Under the pieces are notes generated by a model. That model saw only the letters and a list, made by a program, of their open reading frames with translations, made no database searches and was not told the origin of the DNA. A stretch of DNA of 64,000 nt from Antedon mediterranea. Taxonomy: Eukaryota; Animalia; Echinodermata. Positions 27,601 to 35,577 of the stretch are shown here, piece after piece; positions within the stretch are counted from its first letter, which is position 1, and each line of letters starts with the position of its first letter. Location of the stretch: NCBI RefSeq assembly GCF_964355755.1, contig NC_092670.1:39048388-39112387 (forward strand), read 5' to 3'. The translations under genes were made by a program, and so were the position numbers.

Positions 27601-30600
27601 GATTAACTACTTGTTCAGTTATGTGTTGTTTTCTCTTTATGTATACCAAATAAAAATAATACAATGATAATTTTTATGAATTTCAAAATACATCTTTCTC
27701 AGTGAAAACCAAGCTTCAGCACTCTTTGCTTTTTGTCAGTACTTTTTTTTGTATTAATAATAATAATATGCCTAACACATTTATGTCGCTCCATTTTCAT
27801 GAGTAATCATGCTCAACGGCGCTTTACAAGCATTATTAACCTGGTCATTTTTTGGATCAAACACAAACATCACCCATAATACAGCTAGTAATCAGCGCAG
27901 TTGTGGGGAGAGGCAAATGTAAGTAATGACTTTTATAATACAATACCTCTTTCTGTCTTTCATAAAAATAGCCCTAAAAATATTTTTTTTTTCGAAAACG
28001 ACGTAGGCGCAATTGAGTTGGCCAATGAAATTATCAAGCGACAGTTCAAATTATCCAAGTGTCTTGCCTAAGGATACACGCAATGCGGCGAGAGTTAGAT
28101 TCGAACCACGACCTCACGATCGATAATCCAGCGTCCAACACACTGCGCCACAGGTAGGACTGACTACCGTACATACCAATAATTATAATTGAGACGACAC
28201 ACTGCCCGAGATTGTTTGCGTCATCGGTTGCATTGTATGTCACTTCGGTTGTTCCAATCGGGTATTGGAAGTTCGTGTCACTCGAATTATGTGACTCGGT
28301 TACGATCGGTACACTACCGGAATTGTCTGTAAAGACAGGTACTGCCCATGTAATACCAGTCGCATAGCTTTCACCATTATCAGTGTTCATTGTGATGTTG
28401 TCGAAACATTCATCCGTCATTGGAGGTTCAGTATCTGTATTAAGACAAAGGAATAAATAATTTTAATTTTATATCATAGAACAGCAACAAGCGTCATCTG
28501 TAAAGCTCTGTCTACACACACTATCAAACTAGTTTGAAAAAAAAATGTGTGATGTGCCCAAATACTGGTAGTGATATGTCCAAATATGGTAGTGTAATGA
28601 CATCATCATGCCCATATATGGGCACATCACATAAAGTTTAATAGTTTAGACAAGGCTTTACAGAAATATTTTGCTATGATATCAATACATAAAAAATCAA
28701 CATAATCGGAATGATACTGAGATGGTTTGATAAAGAAATAAGACAAAATGTCAAACCAAAGACAAGAAAACAATTTGATGATATCACGGGATCTTTAATA
28801 AGTTTACCTTTCCAATAATTTTACAAGAAGGTGATACATTATTATTATGTCAGCTGCAACATAATAAACGTATTAAAAACTAAAAGTCAGAGTTAAGAAC
28901 GATTACTGACCTGAAACAGTTATCACAAATGAACAATTCGAATTGACGTTGTCATATTGATCTGTTGCAGTATACGTAACTGTAGTGTTACCAAACTCAA
29001 ACACACTCCCATTAACGTAATCTGCCGATAGCGTAACGCTCAGAAGTGAGTTATCCGTAGCAATTGGCGCATCCCATGTCACTGTTGCATTACTTTCCCC
29101 AGGGTCGTTTCCAACCGACAAGTCAGGCGGACAAAATGTAAAAACTGGTGCCTCTTCATCTAAATATAATACACATTGGCAAAATAAGTTGTATGTTTGA
29201 TACAATAAATAACGTTGGTGTGCGCGCGGCTCTCTCTAAATATAATACATAAGAAACATTGGTAAATAAGTTGTATATTTTTTACAATAAATAACATTGA
29301 TGTTCAATTCAATTCAATTTTATTTTTTTTCCACAATATAATAAAATACATACATAATGCAATGAAGTGATTATGTGGGGGGCAGGGGGGACTTTAAGTT
29401 TGACCCATCCCGCGGCACTCTCTAAATATAATACATAAGAAAAAAAATAATAAAGTTGTATGTTTTTTTTTCCAATAAATAACATTGGAGTGCGCGCGGT
29501 ACAATGGAAGCAGGAGGTAAGCCTACTAAACACGTTGAATTTGATCTAACCAAAATGTGATTCTGAGAATAAATTAAACTGTGTCAAAAAAAGCACATTC
29601 AACAATATATGTGCACTTACCTGAAACATTAATGTCAAATGAACATTCTGCGGTGTTATTGTTGGAATCAGTTGCATTATAGGTGACCTCTGAGCTGCCA
29701 ATTGGAAACAAACTTGGCGGGTTGGTGCTCCCGTACACAGGCAGTACACCGTCGTTATTGTCAATGGCCGTTGCTTCATTCCAACTAACATTTGCCATAT
29801 CTGACATTGGGTCTGTCGTAACGTTAATATTGGACGGGCAGGTTATATTCGGCATTTCGTTATCTATACAAAAAGAAGATTTCACTTTATTATATATTTC
29901 AGTGTAGACACTATGGCCGGTAAGTTATGTTTGTGGACCGTCAACCAATCAAATCACAGTCTTTGTAGTCATGTGGTTCTGCAGGTGGAAAAAATGACAG
30001 TCTCCAGTAAAAGTTTGCTGTTGCTGTAAACAGACAAGTTCAGAATTAAAAGCTCTTTAAACAGAGGGAGGAGGGGGGGGGGGGAGAGATGGAACAGACA
30101 GTATGTGACACTAAAAATTACATTAGGTCTAGTGGTAGAGAGCTTGGTGATTAACATGCTTGCCTTCCAATGCCAAGGTACTACGGGGTTCAATTCTGAC
30201 CTAGTGCCAGGGTTGTAACTCATGACTCTTTCGAACTCCACTCCCTAAGCCTCAAATGAGACTTAGTTTATAAGCACGATAATAGTGGAACTGTTACGCC
30301 TTCTTCCAATCCCAAGATACAGGGTTCAACCCTGACATAGTGGAAGGGTTGTAGGCCTAACTAGCTCAACTCCACTTCCTAAGCCTCGAATGAGTTTATA
30401 AGCACAATAAATTATAAAATAGTTTATCCATCCTGTAATTGGAGTTGGATGCGTATAAAAAAAAGTATATATATTAAATTACTACTTTACCTTGAACAGT
30501 AATGGTAAACACACAACTGGTTCCTTGATCTACTGTATCTAACGCAATATAACGTATAGTAGTTGTACCAATATAGTACGTATCACCACTTGGATCATAA

Positions 30601-33600
30601 GTCGTGAAAGCCTGCTCTAGTGAAAGTAATTCAATGTTGTCAGTAGCAACTGGTTCAGTAAAGTTGACTGTTGTATAATTTTGACCTTCAAGCGTGTCCC
30701 ATTCTGTGTCGTTTGGACAAGATGTAAACACAGGTGGTACCGTATCTATATTTTAAAATAGTTTTGCGTTAAAAATATATTAAATAATAAAAGTTAATTC
30801 TTATGTTTGTCTTAAAAATTTCTGTAAAATTTAAATACGTAATTTATAGGCTTACAAAGTATACCAATAAAAAGCAACAGTATAGCTAGCTTTCTACAGC
30901 TTGGACGTAACGCAACGACGTAAGCACATTGTTGACCAATCACAGCGACAGTTCGGATGATCCCTCCGAGTCGTGGTAACTTTACTTGCGGGTGTGCTTA
31001 TGTCCTTGCGTTGGCTCAAGTGGGAACCAAACATTGAGTTATTTAAACTGACTTCATTCATTAGGCCCCTTCAGGCGTAGGTTATTTACCGAGTTCTTGG
31101 TTCCATGCACATCGCTAACTTTAGTGGATAGAAACGTTAAACTGGTAATCAAGCTTACCTTGGACTACTGTCACGTTGATATAGCAGTAACCCTCATTTC
31201 CAGATCCATCGGTAGCTGTGTACGTTACAGTTGTTACACCAATCATAAACGTGTCACCTGGAGAATGTGTTGAGTTTACATCAGGCGCATCACCTGAGTT
31301 GTCGGTAAAGATTGGTTCGTCCCAACTCACGACTTTATCGGATTGAGAACCTGGTATGATTTTAAGATCAACCGTTGGACAGTTTGACGTCATAGGAGCT
31401 TCTTCATCTGAAAGGATTTATCGATACAACAAAATGTCAGTAAAAACAAATGCTGCTTTATTAAACACTTTTGTGCGTCAAGCAAAACAAATGAAAATTA
31501 TTGGATACAAATGAGATGAATTTATATCAGAGGTTTAGGCCTATATAACCACAAAAGTATCAAGTCAGTACCAGTACCAGTATCAGTATTCAGAATATGT
31601 AAACATTCTCAGTATAAACCCTTTTTGAAAAAAAAAGATCGGTAGATTTTTGACGCATGCTCACAATATTATGTGACCATAATAACGAGTAAAATAGAGA
31701 GATTTAAACAAAATAAGAGTAAAAATTCAACCAAAACTATCTTACCGTTTATGGTAACGTCAAATTCACAAAGTGCCTCGTTTCCCGAATCATCCGTAAA
31801 TGTAATTGTTACACCGACGGTTCCGATGTTAAACAACGAACCGGATGTATGAGTTGTGGTTTCTGAAGGCGTTAATCCATCGTTGTCAGTCGCTGTAGGC
31901 CTGTCCCATTCAACAGCACGAGACGGCGTTCCAGTGGTTGTCGTATTTACGAAATTCGATGGACAATCTTCGATATCCGGCAACTGGATATCTATATATT
32001 AAAATTGAATTTGTTTTTAATAATTTTACCACCATATTGTCTTTAGTTGTACCTGCATCTTTCACACCTTGACATCCAACTTCCAAAGAATGCGTTTTGA
32101 ACTTTAACAGCAAAGACGTGTTCATACCGGTACATTGTTTTTCTAAGATCTATGACCACCAGCAATCAGCATCCTATTACTATTGATCATTATTAGTGTC
32201 ACCATCATAATTATTATTACTATTGGAGTAGGCCACATAAAAAGAGTGATACACAAATTTTGGGATTGAACTTTATTTCACGTTAACATACTTGCGTCTG
32301 GTTTCATTGAATGCTATCGATAATTTCAGTAGGCCTAGCAATATGTGCAACATAAACACATTTCAAAACTTACCCATGATATTGACCATAAAAATACACG
32401 ATCCAACCTCTGTATCTGCATCAGTAGCAACATAACGAACCTCTGTAGTTCCTATTAAAAATACATTTGGAGTTGCCAACGTTGGATTATATATTTCTTG
32501 AATAACAAGACCAGACAATTTTGTAGTATCATCAGTTACATTTGGTGCCGTCCACGTGACCGTCGCATTATTGGAGTCAGTATCTGCATTGCGTGTGATA
32601 TCCGATGGGCAATTTTCCCACACAGGAGGAGCTGAATAAAAAATAAAACATATTTTATTGTAAAAATAAAAATGCTTTACAGATAAGGACCAATGGAGGT
32701 CGAATTGTCACGTATGTGGCTAAAAAAAAAAATCAAGAACCACTACCAGTGCATCTCCCGGAAAGATTAGGATAGGCGTTACTCTGGTGCTTTGGTTGGT
32801 CTCAGCCTCTGTTTGCGGTGGAATATACAACCTTAAAAGCGAGTAGGTGTATACAAAAATTCCTCTAAATGATGACACAAGATGGAACATTTTTTTTCCA
32901 AGGAGGAGGGGTGGGTGGGGGGTGGTATGAACACGATAATTGGACGCCCTCTTGTATTCACTCTAGTGCGCAGCGCTATAATTTCTAAATTCGATTTCTG
33001 ATAACTATTAATATAAATAGAAAGATAATATCGATAATGTGATTTGCGGACCATTTGTGCTTCATCCGCACGCCATAACACGTTAAGGATTTGTAGTATA
33101 TTGTTATAATCACAACGGGCACTTTATAAGCCATATACTTTGAAGAAATTCAAAATAAGTGACTCGCTTCGTAATTGTACGACGTCACATCACCACACAA
33201 GCGCTTTATATTGACACATACTGTGTAGGCCTATGGTAAAGAATTTGACAGAGAACCGACACCGAAATCAATCTAATCCATGCCTGGCTATAATATATAT
33301 TTCGAAATTTGTGAAAATCAATTTCAACAAAATAACACATCATATCCGACAATAGATTTTTTGGTTCTAAAAGTAATGGTAGCCAAGAGCAGGAAAGATT
33401 CCCGGTGTCAAAATCACACAAGCAAATTTTCCATTAAAGATGTATTGTCCCCCAACATTTTTGTTGAATAATGCCATAAAAATAGTTATTCACTTTTACC
33501 AAAAATTGGATAAAAAAAAAAATGTATTTAGCCGAAAAAACTGTAATTTAAAGCAAAATATGGTCAAATTGGCTGCCAGCCAATGGGTTTTTGGTTGAAT

Positions 33601-35577
33601 TTAAGCATTTATTTTGTCATTTTATAACATTAGGCCTATTTGTTTGTGTTTTTTTTTTACGGAAGTGATTAACTTTATTAAAACTACAAAATAACATATT
33701 CAAACTCTCATTTAATTAATCTTTATTTTTCATATTTTTGGGGGACAATACATCTTTATTTATAAACTTACTCATAACTTATAGTGGTTTAACATCAATC
33801 ATATTAACCCTGCTACTGATAAGTGGCGATAGGCCTATAACACCGTACCCAGTGCCGTAACTGCTATGAGCGCTCACTGGCTTATAGGGGCCCCTGAATA
33901 GTCGATCCCAGAGGAAAAAACATGGCATTAAACTATGTCGAAAAAGGCTAAAAACGCCCGAGGCCTCCAAAGTTGTAGGGCATCTTGGTTCCTAATCCAG
34001 GGGGGGGGGGGGAGGGGGCATCATGCATTTGCATTCTCCACTGACCGTACCTATATTTCACAAGCTGAAAACAGCTCACTCGTTTCCCCGTCTTATTGTG
34101 GATCTGCATTCTTATGACTGATATAGGCCTATGCCAGTCATAATTTGAGCCCAAATCACGGTTAGGGTGTCCTTATATTAGATAAACATTGGGAGGATAT
34201 AAATGTCGTTATAGCGTATATTTTGTATTTTTCAGGGATAAGGAAGGATATTTGACAATAAAGAAGACATACCGCCACTTAACTCTTCTGTAGATAATTT
34301 ATACGGAGGGTTCATTTGATTCCGACAATGCGTCTTTTGTACATGTTCACAAATAATTGCAATTATTTCGCTATCGTTATAATATTAACAATAATGGAAG
34401 GGCGTGTTGTGAAAGGAACACATCGGCTATTTCGTTTTAAGCAGTTCTCTGGGCTAGTACTTAAGCGTAAGCTTAAAATTGTTTATCGTGCACAGATTTA
34501 TATTGTATTAGGGAACTGATGCAAACTGCAAACTGGCATTCTGTCGCAAATATGCATGAATTTACCATGAAATAAGGGAGATAGAAAAGCTGTTAAATTT
34601 ACAATATCCATCCTGAAATCTCAATTTATTAAAAGAAATATGCTTGGTTCTAATTTATCAATACAGATTTAGTAACTACTCAGAGAGCACAATATTTAAC
34701 ATGATTATAATCCTCAATTATATTTCTAGTGTATCATTAGGTATCAGGGTAAACTTGTTCTACTGCAGTTACGGCGGTACAGGTCTTGGGCTGAAATAAT
34801 GTACGATTTCAGTAGAGATTATGCCAAATACAATAACAATACCAACGTACAGTGAAAGATTAAAACACTCTCCTTAAAGCGTTAATTCTTCAGCAGCTTC
34901 TCGGTACTGTAGGCTATCTATTTCCAAAATATCATCATAGATTCGGTAATACAACACACATGTGTTTCACATGTATACAGTAGTAAGCTAACCCGTAACA
35001 TAAGCTTACATGATACAGGCACCACATGTGATATGAATCAGATCCTGTATTACCAAAATAATATTCATATGATACTTCGGAAATAGATAGTATGGAGATA
35101 CAACACTGGGAATCGGGTGAATTCTTGACTCGATCCTCGTGGTGTCTTGCGGAGGTAGCGGTACGGTGCGACAGGTTCGGCGCGTGAACAACAAGTACAC
35201 TAAGTATGTATACTAAGTATACTCATGTTATGATAGTTATTATTGATTATTGATAGAAAATGATTTCAGATCATCATGAGAACTTATTTTGCACTTCTTT
35301 AAACCTTAGTCCGATGGTTCGGGATATCAAAGCTGCCGTGCCGTACCGTCAATAATATTTCCGCTTCCCGTTATCACTGATTAATTAGTTATTGTACATT
35401 TGTAACATAAGGCCTACATTAGTTTACAATTCTGTAATTCTAAATTTAGGCCCTATACACGAAGAATGATTTTTTGACACAATTGAAATTCAAAACTTAA
35501 AACTTACCGCCTTTTATACTTTGTATACATATTCCGTAAATTACAATAATTTTAAATAATGAGTTGGATACTGGCAT
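443..35577 (-). CDS. Gene A: hyalin-like giant HYR-repeat protein; signal peptide + 51 HYR domains in 53 coding exons, ~4,200 aa in window, 3'-incomplete
   Basis: Repeated ~80-87 aa units D-x-E-x-P..CP..W..P.A.DN..F.IG.T.V.Y.ATD..GN...C.F.V.V.G. Each is bounded by AG/GT in phase 1 with length divisible by 3, and a leader exon joins in phase. Confidence 0.92.
1080..1310 (-). CDS. Gene A HYR50 exon
   Basis: 231 nt, DEEPPVFPDGCP... Confidence 0.9.
2043..2288 (-). CDS. Gene A HYR49 exon
   Basis: 246 nt, DNQPPEVMNCP... Confidence 0.9.
2522..2764 (-). CDS. Gene A HYR48 exon (absent from ORF track)
   Basis: 243 nt, DDESPVISDCP...QCTFTIYVT. Confidence 0.88.
2852..2990. mobile_element. MITE family B (Harbinger-like, palindromic)
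   Basis: TIR AGCTTGGTTCCCA../..TGGGAACCAAGC; TSD TAA/TAA. Confidence 0.72.
3230..3393. mobile_element. MITE family A copy
   Basis: Same TIR and core (gatgtgcccatatatggacatgatgatgtca). Confidence 0.7.
3403..3645 (-). CDS. Gene A HYR47 exon
   Basis: 243 nt, DNEAPVITNCP... Confidence 0.9.
3776..4018 (-). CDS. Gene A HYR46 exon
   Basis: 243 nt, DNEDPQLDNCP... Confidence 0.9.
4328..4579 (-). CDS. Gene A HYR45 exon
   Basis: 252 nt, DSSAPTFENC... Confidence 0.9.
4656..4805. mobile_element. MITE family A copy
   Basis: TIRs, TSD TTA/TTA. Confidence 0.8.
5057..5299 (-). CDS. Gene A HYR44 exon
   Basis: 243 nt, DNEDPVFVTCP... Confidence 0.9.
5573..5815 (-). CDS. Gene A HYR43 exon
   Basis: 243 nt, DNTPPYYDPCP... 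Confidence 0.9.
5956..6198 (-). CDS. Gene A HYR42 exon
   Basis: 243 nt, DEEAPVFDSC... Confidence 0.9.
6435..6990 (-). mobile_element. 5'-truncated L2/CR1-group LINE fragment (end of ORF2 + 3' UTR with (TTA)n tail)
   Basis: Encodes FVSSRLD..NSLLFGLP..LQRIQNSAARLI..HISPVLRDLHWLPV..RIRFKILLLTYKA..RAFAVAAPKLWN.LP..FKTKLKTHLF, the typical L2-clade C-terminus, followed by a microsatellite tail. Confidence 0.88.
7014..7118 (-). CDS. Gene A HYR41, C-half exon
   Basis: 105 nt, (T)nAG|TG, DSFPYFYGSQLEVRYQVTDLSGNSDTCIFYVTVT, G|GTACGT. Confidence 0.85.
7227..7373 (-). CDS. Gene A HYR41, N-half exon
   Basis: 147 nt, DTTPPEFSNCP...NTFSP, ends T|GTAAGA. Confidence 0.85.
7873..8118 (-). CDS. Gene A HYR40 exon
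   Basis: 246 nt, DNEDPVLVNCP... Confidence 0.9.
8419..8670 (-). CDS. Gene A HYR39 exon
   Basis: 252 nt, DTEDPEFSTC... Confidence 0.9.
8845..9090 (-). CDS. Gene A HYR38 exon
   Basis: 246 nt, DVEAPEYTNCP... Confidence 0.9.
9369..9611 (-). CDS. Gene A HYR37 exon
   Basis: 243 nt, DMEPPTITYCP... Confidence 0.9.
9763..9900. mobile_element. MITE family A copy
   Basis: TIRs, TSD TTA/TTA. Confidence 0.78.
9947..10186 (-). CDS. Gene A HYR36 exon
   Basis: 240 nt, DYEDPVITNCP... Confidence 0.9.
10431..10679 (-). CDS. Gene A HYR35 exon
   Basis: 249 nt, AACAG|CG, TDTEPPVLTCP... Confidence 0.85.
10893..11021. mobile_element. MITE family A copy (left end eroded)
   Basis: Core plus right TIR. Confidence 0.7.
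11040..11285 (-). CDS. Gene A HYR34 exon (variant Cys pattern)
   Basis: 246 nt, DNEVPVISNY...VICN...VACN; ends C|GTAAG. Confidence 0.85.
11459..11701 (-). CDS. Gene A HYR33 exon (variant Cys pattern)
   Basis: 243 nt, DNIPPVLENLP...EVCY...RECF. Confidence 0.88.
11971..12630. repeat. 20-bp minisatellite (actacagaattactgYatca)n, ~32 copies, intronic
   Basis: Direct inspection. Confidence 0.97.
12640..12818. mobile_element. MITE family B, near-perfect long hairpin
   Basis: ~50-bp inverted arms (ggttcccactagaacgtaacgcaaggacgtaaacgcaacgcaag). Other copies at ~30884-31032, 52464-52596 and a half copy at 57982-58015. Confidence 0.8.
12841..13095 (-). CDS. Gene A HYR32 exon
   Basis: 255 nt, DDEPPVIDTPCP... 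Confidence 0.9.
13454..13702 (-). CDS. Gene A HYR31 exon
   Basis: 249 nt, DDEPPVTMDCP... Confidence 0.9.
13853..14000. mobile_element. MITE family A copy
   Basis: TIRs and core. Confidence 0.72.
14072..14275. mobile_element. MITE family C (Harbinger-like), CpG-rich
   Basis: Perfect 19-bp TIR AGCCTGTTTTCCTGTCGAC; TSD TTA/TTA. Confidence 0.82.
14662..14904 (-). CDS. Gene A HYR30 exon (absent from ORF track)
   Basis: 243 nt, DPEYPVIADCP...TCSFYINIT. Confidence 0.88.
15030..15269 (-). CDS. Gene A HYR29 exon
   Basis: 240 nt, DQQNPNVTCP... Confidence 0.9.
15708..15950 (-). CDS. Gene A HYR28 exon
   Basis: 243 nt, DDEPPEFQNCP... Confidence 0.9.
16148..16393 (-). CDS. Gene A HYR27 exon
   Basis: 246 nt, DDEVPSIMNC... 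Confidence 0.9.
16560..16805 (-). CDS. Gene A HYR26 exon
   Basis: 246 nt, DLEPPEFTNCP... Confidence 0.9.
17109..17345 (-). CDS. Gene A HYR25 exon (absent from ORF track)
   Basis: 237 nt, DTEDPVVTCP...NCTFFVTIE. Confidence 0.88.
17702..17953 (-). CDS. Gene A HYR24 exon
   Basis: 252 nt, DIEAPIPTSCP... Confidence 0.9.
18412..18654 (-). CDS. Gene A HYR23 exon
   Basis: 243 nt, DTEAPIVSDCP... Confidence 0.9.
18972..19214 (-). CDS. Gene A HYR22 exon (absent from ORF track)
   Basis: 243 nt, DIEKPVINCP...NCTFNITVE. Confidence 0.88.
19381..19623 (-). CDS. Gene A HYR21 exon (absent from ORF track)
   Basis: 243 nt, DFEDPEVDFCP... Confidence 0.88.
19729..19971 (-). CDS. Gene A HYR20 exon
   Basis: 243 nt, DDEPPTFNCP... 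Confidence 0.9.
20237..20479 (-). CDS. Gene A HYR19 exon
   Basis: 243 nt, DKEPPVISGCP... Confidence 0.9.
20912..21172 (-). CDS. Gene A HYR18 exon (absent from ORF track)
   Basis: 261 nt, DQENPNITCP...ASCTFYIIIE. Confidence 0.88.
21541..21783 (-). CDS. Gene A HYR17 exon
   Basis: 243 nt, DLESPYFENC... Confidence 0.9.
21845..22340. repeat. 21-bp minisatellite (ctaactRgcatcagggMctgg)n, ~23 copies, intronic
   Basis: Direct inspection; explains ORFs 21823-22317 and 21827-22369. Confidence 0.97.
22409..22654 (-). CDS. Gene A HYR16 exon
   Basis: 246 nt, DDVMPDLTCP... Confidence 0.9.
23096..23347 (-). CDS. Gene A HYR15 exon
   Basis: 252 nt, DNEAPIITLCP... Confidence 0.9.
23454..23695. mobile_element. 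MITE family A copy with internal insertion
   Basis: TIRs and core. Confidence 0.65.
23845..24096 (-). CDS. Gene A HYR14 exon
   Basis: 252 nt, DEEAPVFTMCP... Confidence 0.9.
24786..25046 (-). CDS. Gene A HYR13 exon
   Basis: 261 nt, DDEMPMTDDCP... Confidence 0.9.
25408..25656 (-). CDS. Gene A HYR12 exon
   Basis: 249 nt, DDEAPVFTFCP... Confidence 0.9.
25830..26078 (-). CDS. Gene A HYR11 exon
   Basis: 249 nt, DTEPPVFTECP... Confidence 0.9.
26443..26691 (-). CDS. Gene A HYR10 exon
   Basis: 249 nt, DMEPPEFTSCP... Confidence 0.9.
26888..27136 (-). CDS. Gene A HYR9 exon
   Basis: 249 nt, DNEAPVFTSCP... Confidence 0.9.
27236..27484 (-). CDS. Gene A HYR8 exon (absent from ORF track)
   Basis: 249 nt, DDEEPDFTDCPGDITDTTDPG...SCSFIVNIT. 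Confidence 0.88.
27755..28165 (-). mobile_element. tRNA-derived SINE (second family)
   Basis: Head tggcgcagtg..ggttcgaatc, then tccttaggcaagacact, 3' (TTA)n tail. Confidence 0.65.
28177..28434 (-). CDS. Gene A HYR7 exon
   Basis: 258 nt, DTEPPMTDECF... Confidence 0.9.
28504..28657. mobile_element. MITE family A copy
   Basis: TIRs and core. Confidence 0.75.
28911..29159 (-). CDS. Gene A HYR6 exon
   Basis: 249 nt, DEEAPVFTFCP... Confidence 0.9.
29621..29863 (-). CDS. Gene A HYR5 exon
   Basis: 243 nt, DNEMPNITCP... Confidence 0.9.
30128..30455 (+). mobile_element. Short tRNA-derived SINE (third family), tandem copies; related copies at ~4040-4205(-), 16000-16085(+), 57245-57460(-)
   Basis: agcttggtg.ttaac.tgcttgccttccaat..ggggttcaat..ccagggttgtaactc..ctccctaagcctcaaatgagactt. 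Confidence 0.68.
30491..30745 (-). CDS. Gene A HYR4 exon
   Basis: 255 nt, DTVPPVFTSCP...SCVFTITVQ. Confidence 0.9.
31159..31407 (-). CDS. Gene A HYR3 exon
   Basis: 249 nt, DEEAPMTSNCP...YCYINVTVVQ. Confidence 0.9.
31746..31991 (-). CDS. Gene A HYR2 exon
   Basis: 246 nt, phase 1-1, DIQLPDIEDCP...LCEFDVTIN. Confidence 0.9.
32374..32631 (-). CDS. Gene A HYR1 exon
   Basis: TTCAG|CT..G|GTAAGT, 258 nt, PPVWENCP...SCIFMVNIM. Confidence 0.9.
33438..33755. mobile_element. MITE family D (TTAA target, Kolobok-like)
   Basis: TIR AGATGTATTGTCCCC/GGGGACAATACATCT after TTAA. Confidence 0.75.
35508..35577 (-). CDS. Gene A exon 1: signal peptide MPVSNSLFKIIVIYGICIQSIKG
   Basis: ATC-ATG start, hydrophobic core, ends G|GTAAGT (phase 1). 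Joins 32631 to give ...IKG-A-PPVWENCP. Confidence 0.75.

Noticed and set aside
443-32631. V(D)J-like or protocadherin-like system (recombination signals or per-exon promoters)
   Set aside because: I saw no conserved heptamer/nonamer flanks and no per-exon ATG or leader. Each unit has ordinary splice sites on both sides.
34272-34612. Two possible extra minus-strand exons in gene A intron 1 (~34566-34612, ~34272-34370)
   Set aside because: GT/AG signals are present, but there is no recognisable domain and no counterpart in gene B. The leader joins HYR1 directly in phase.
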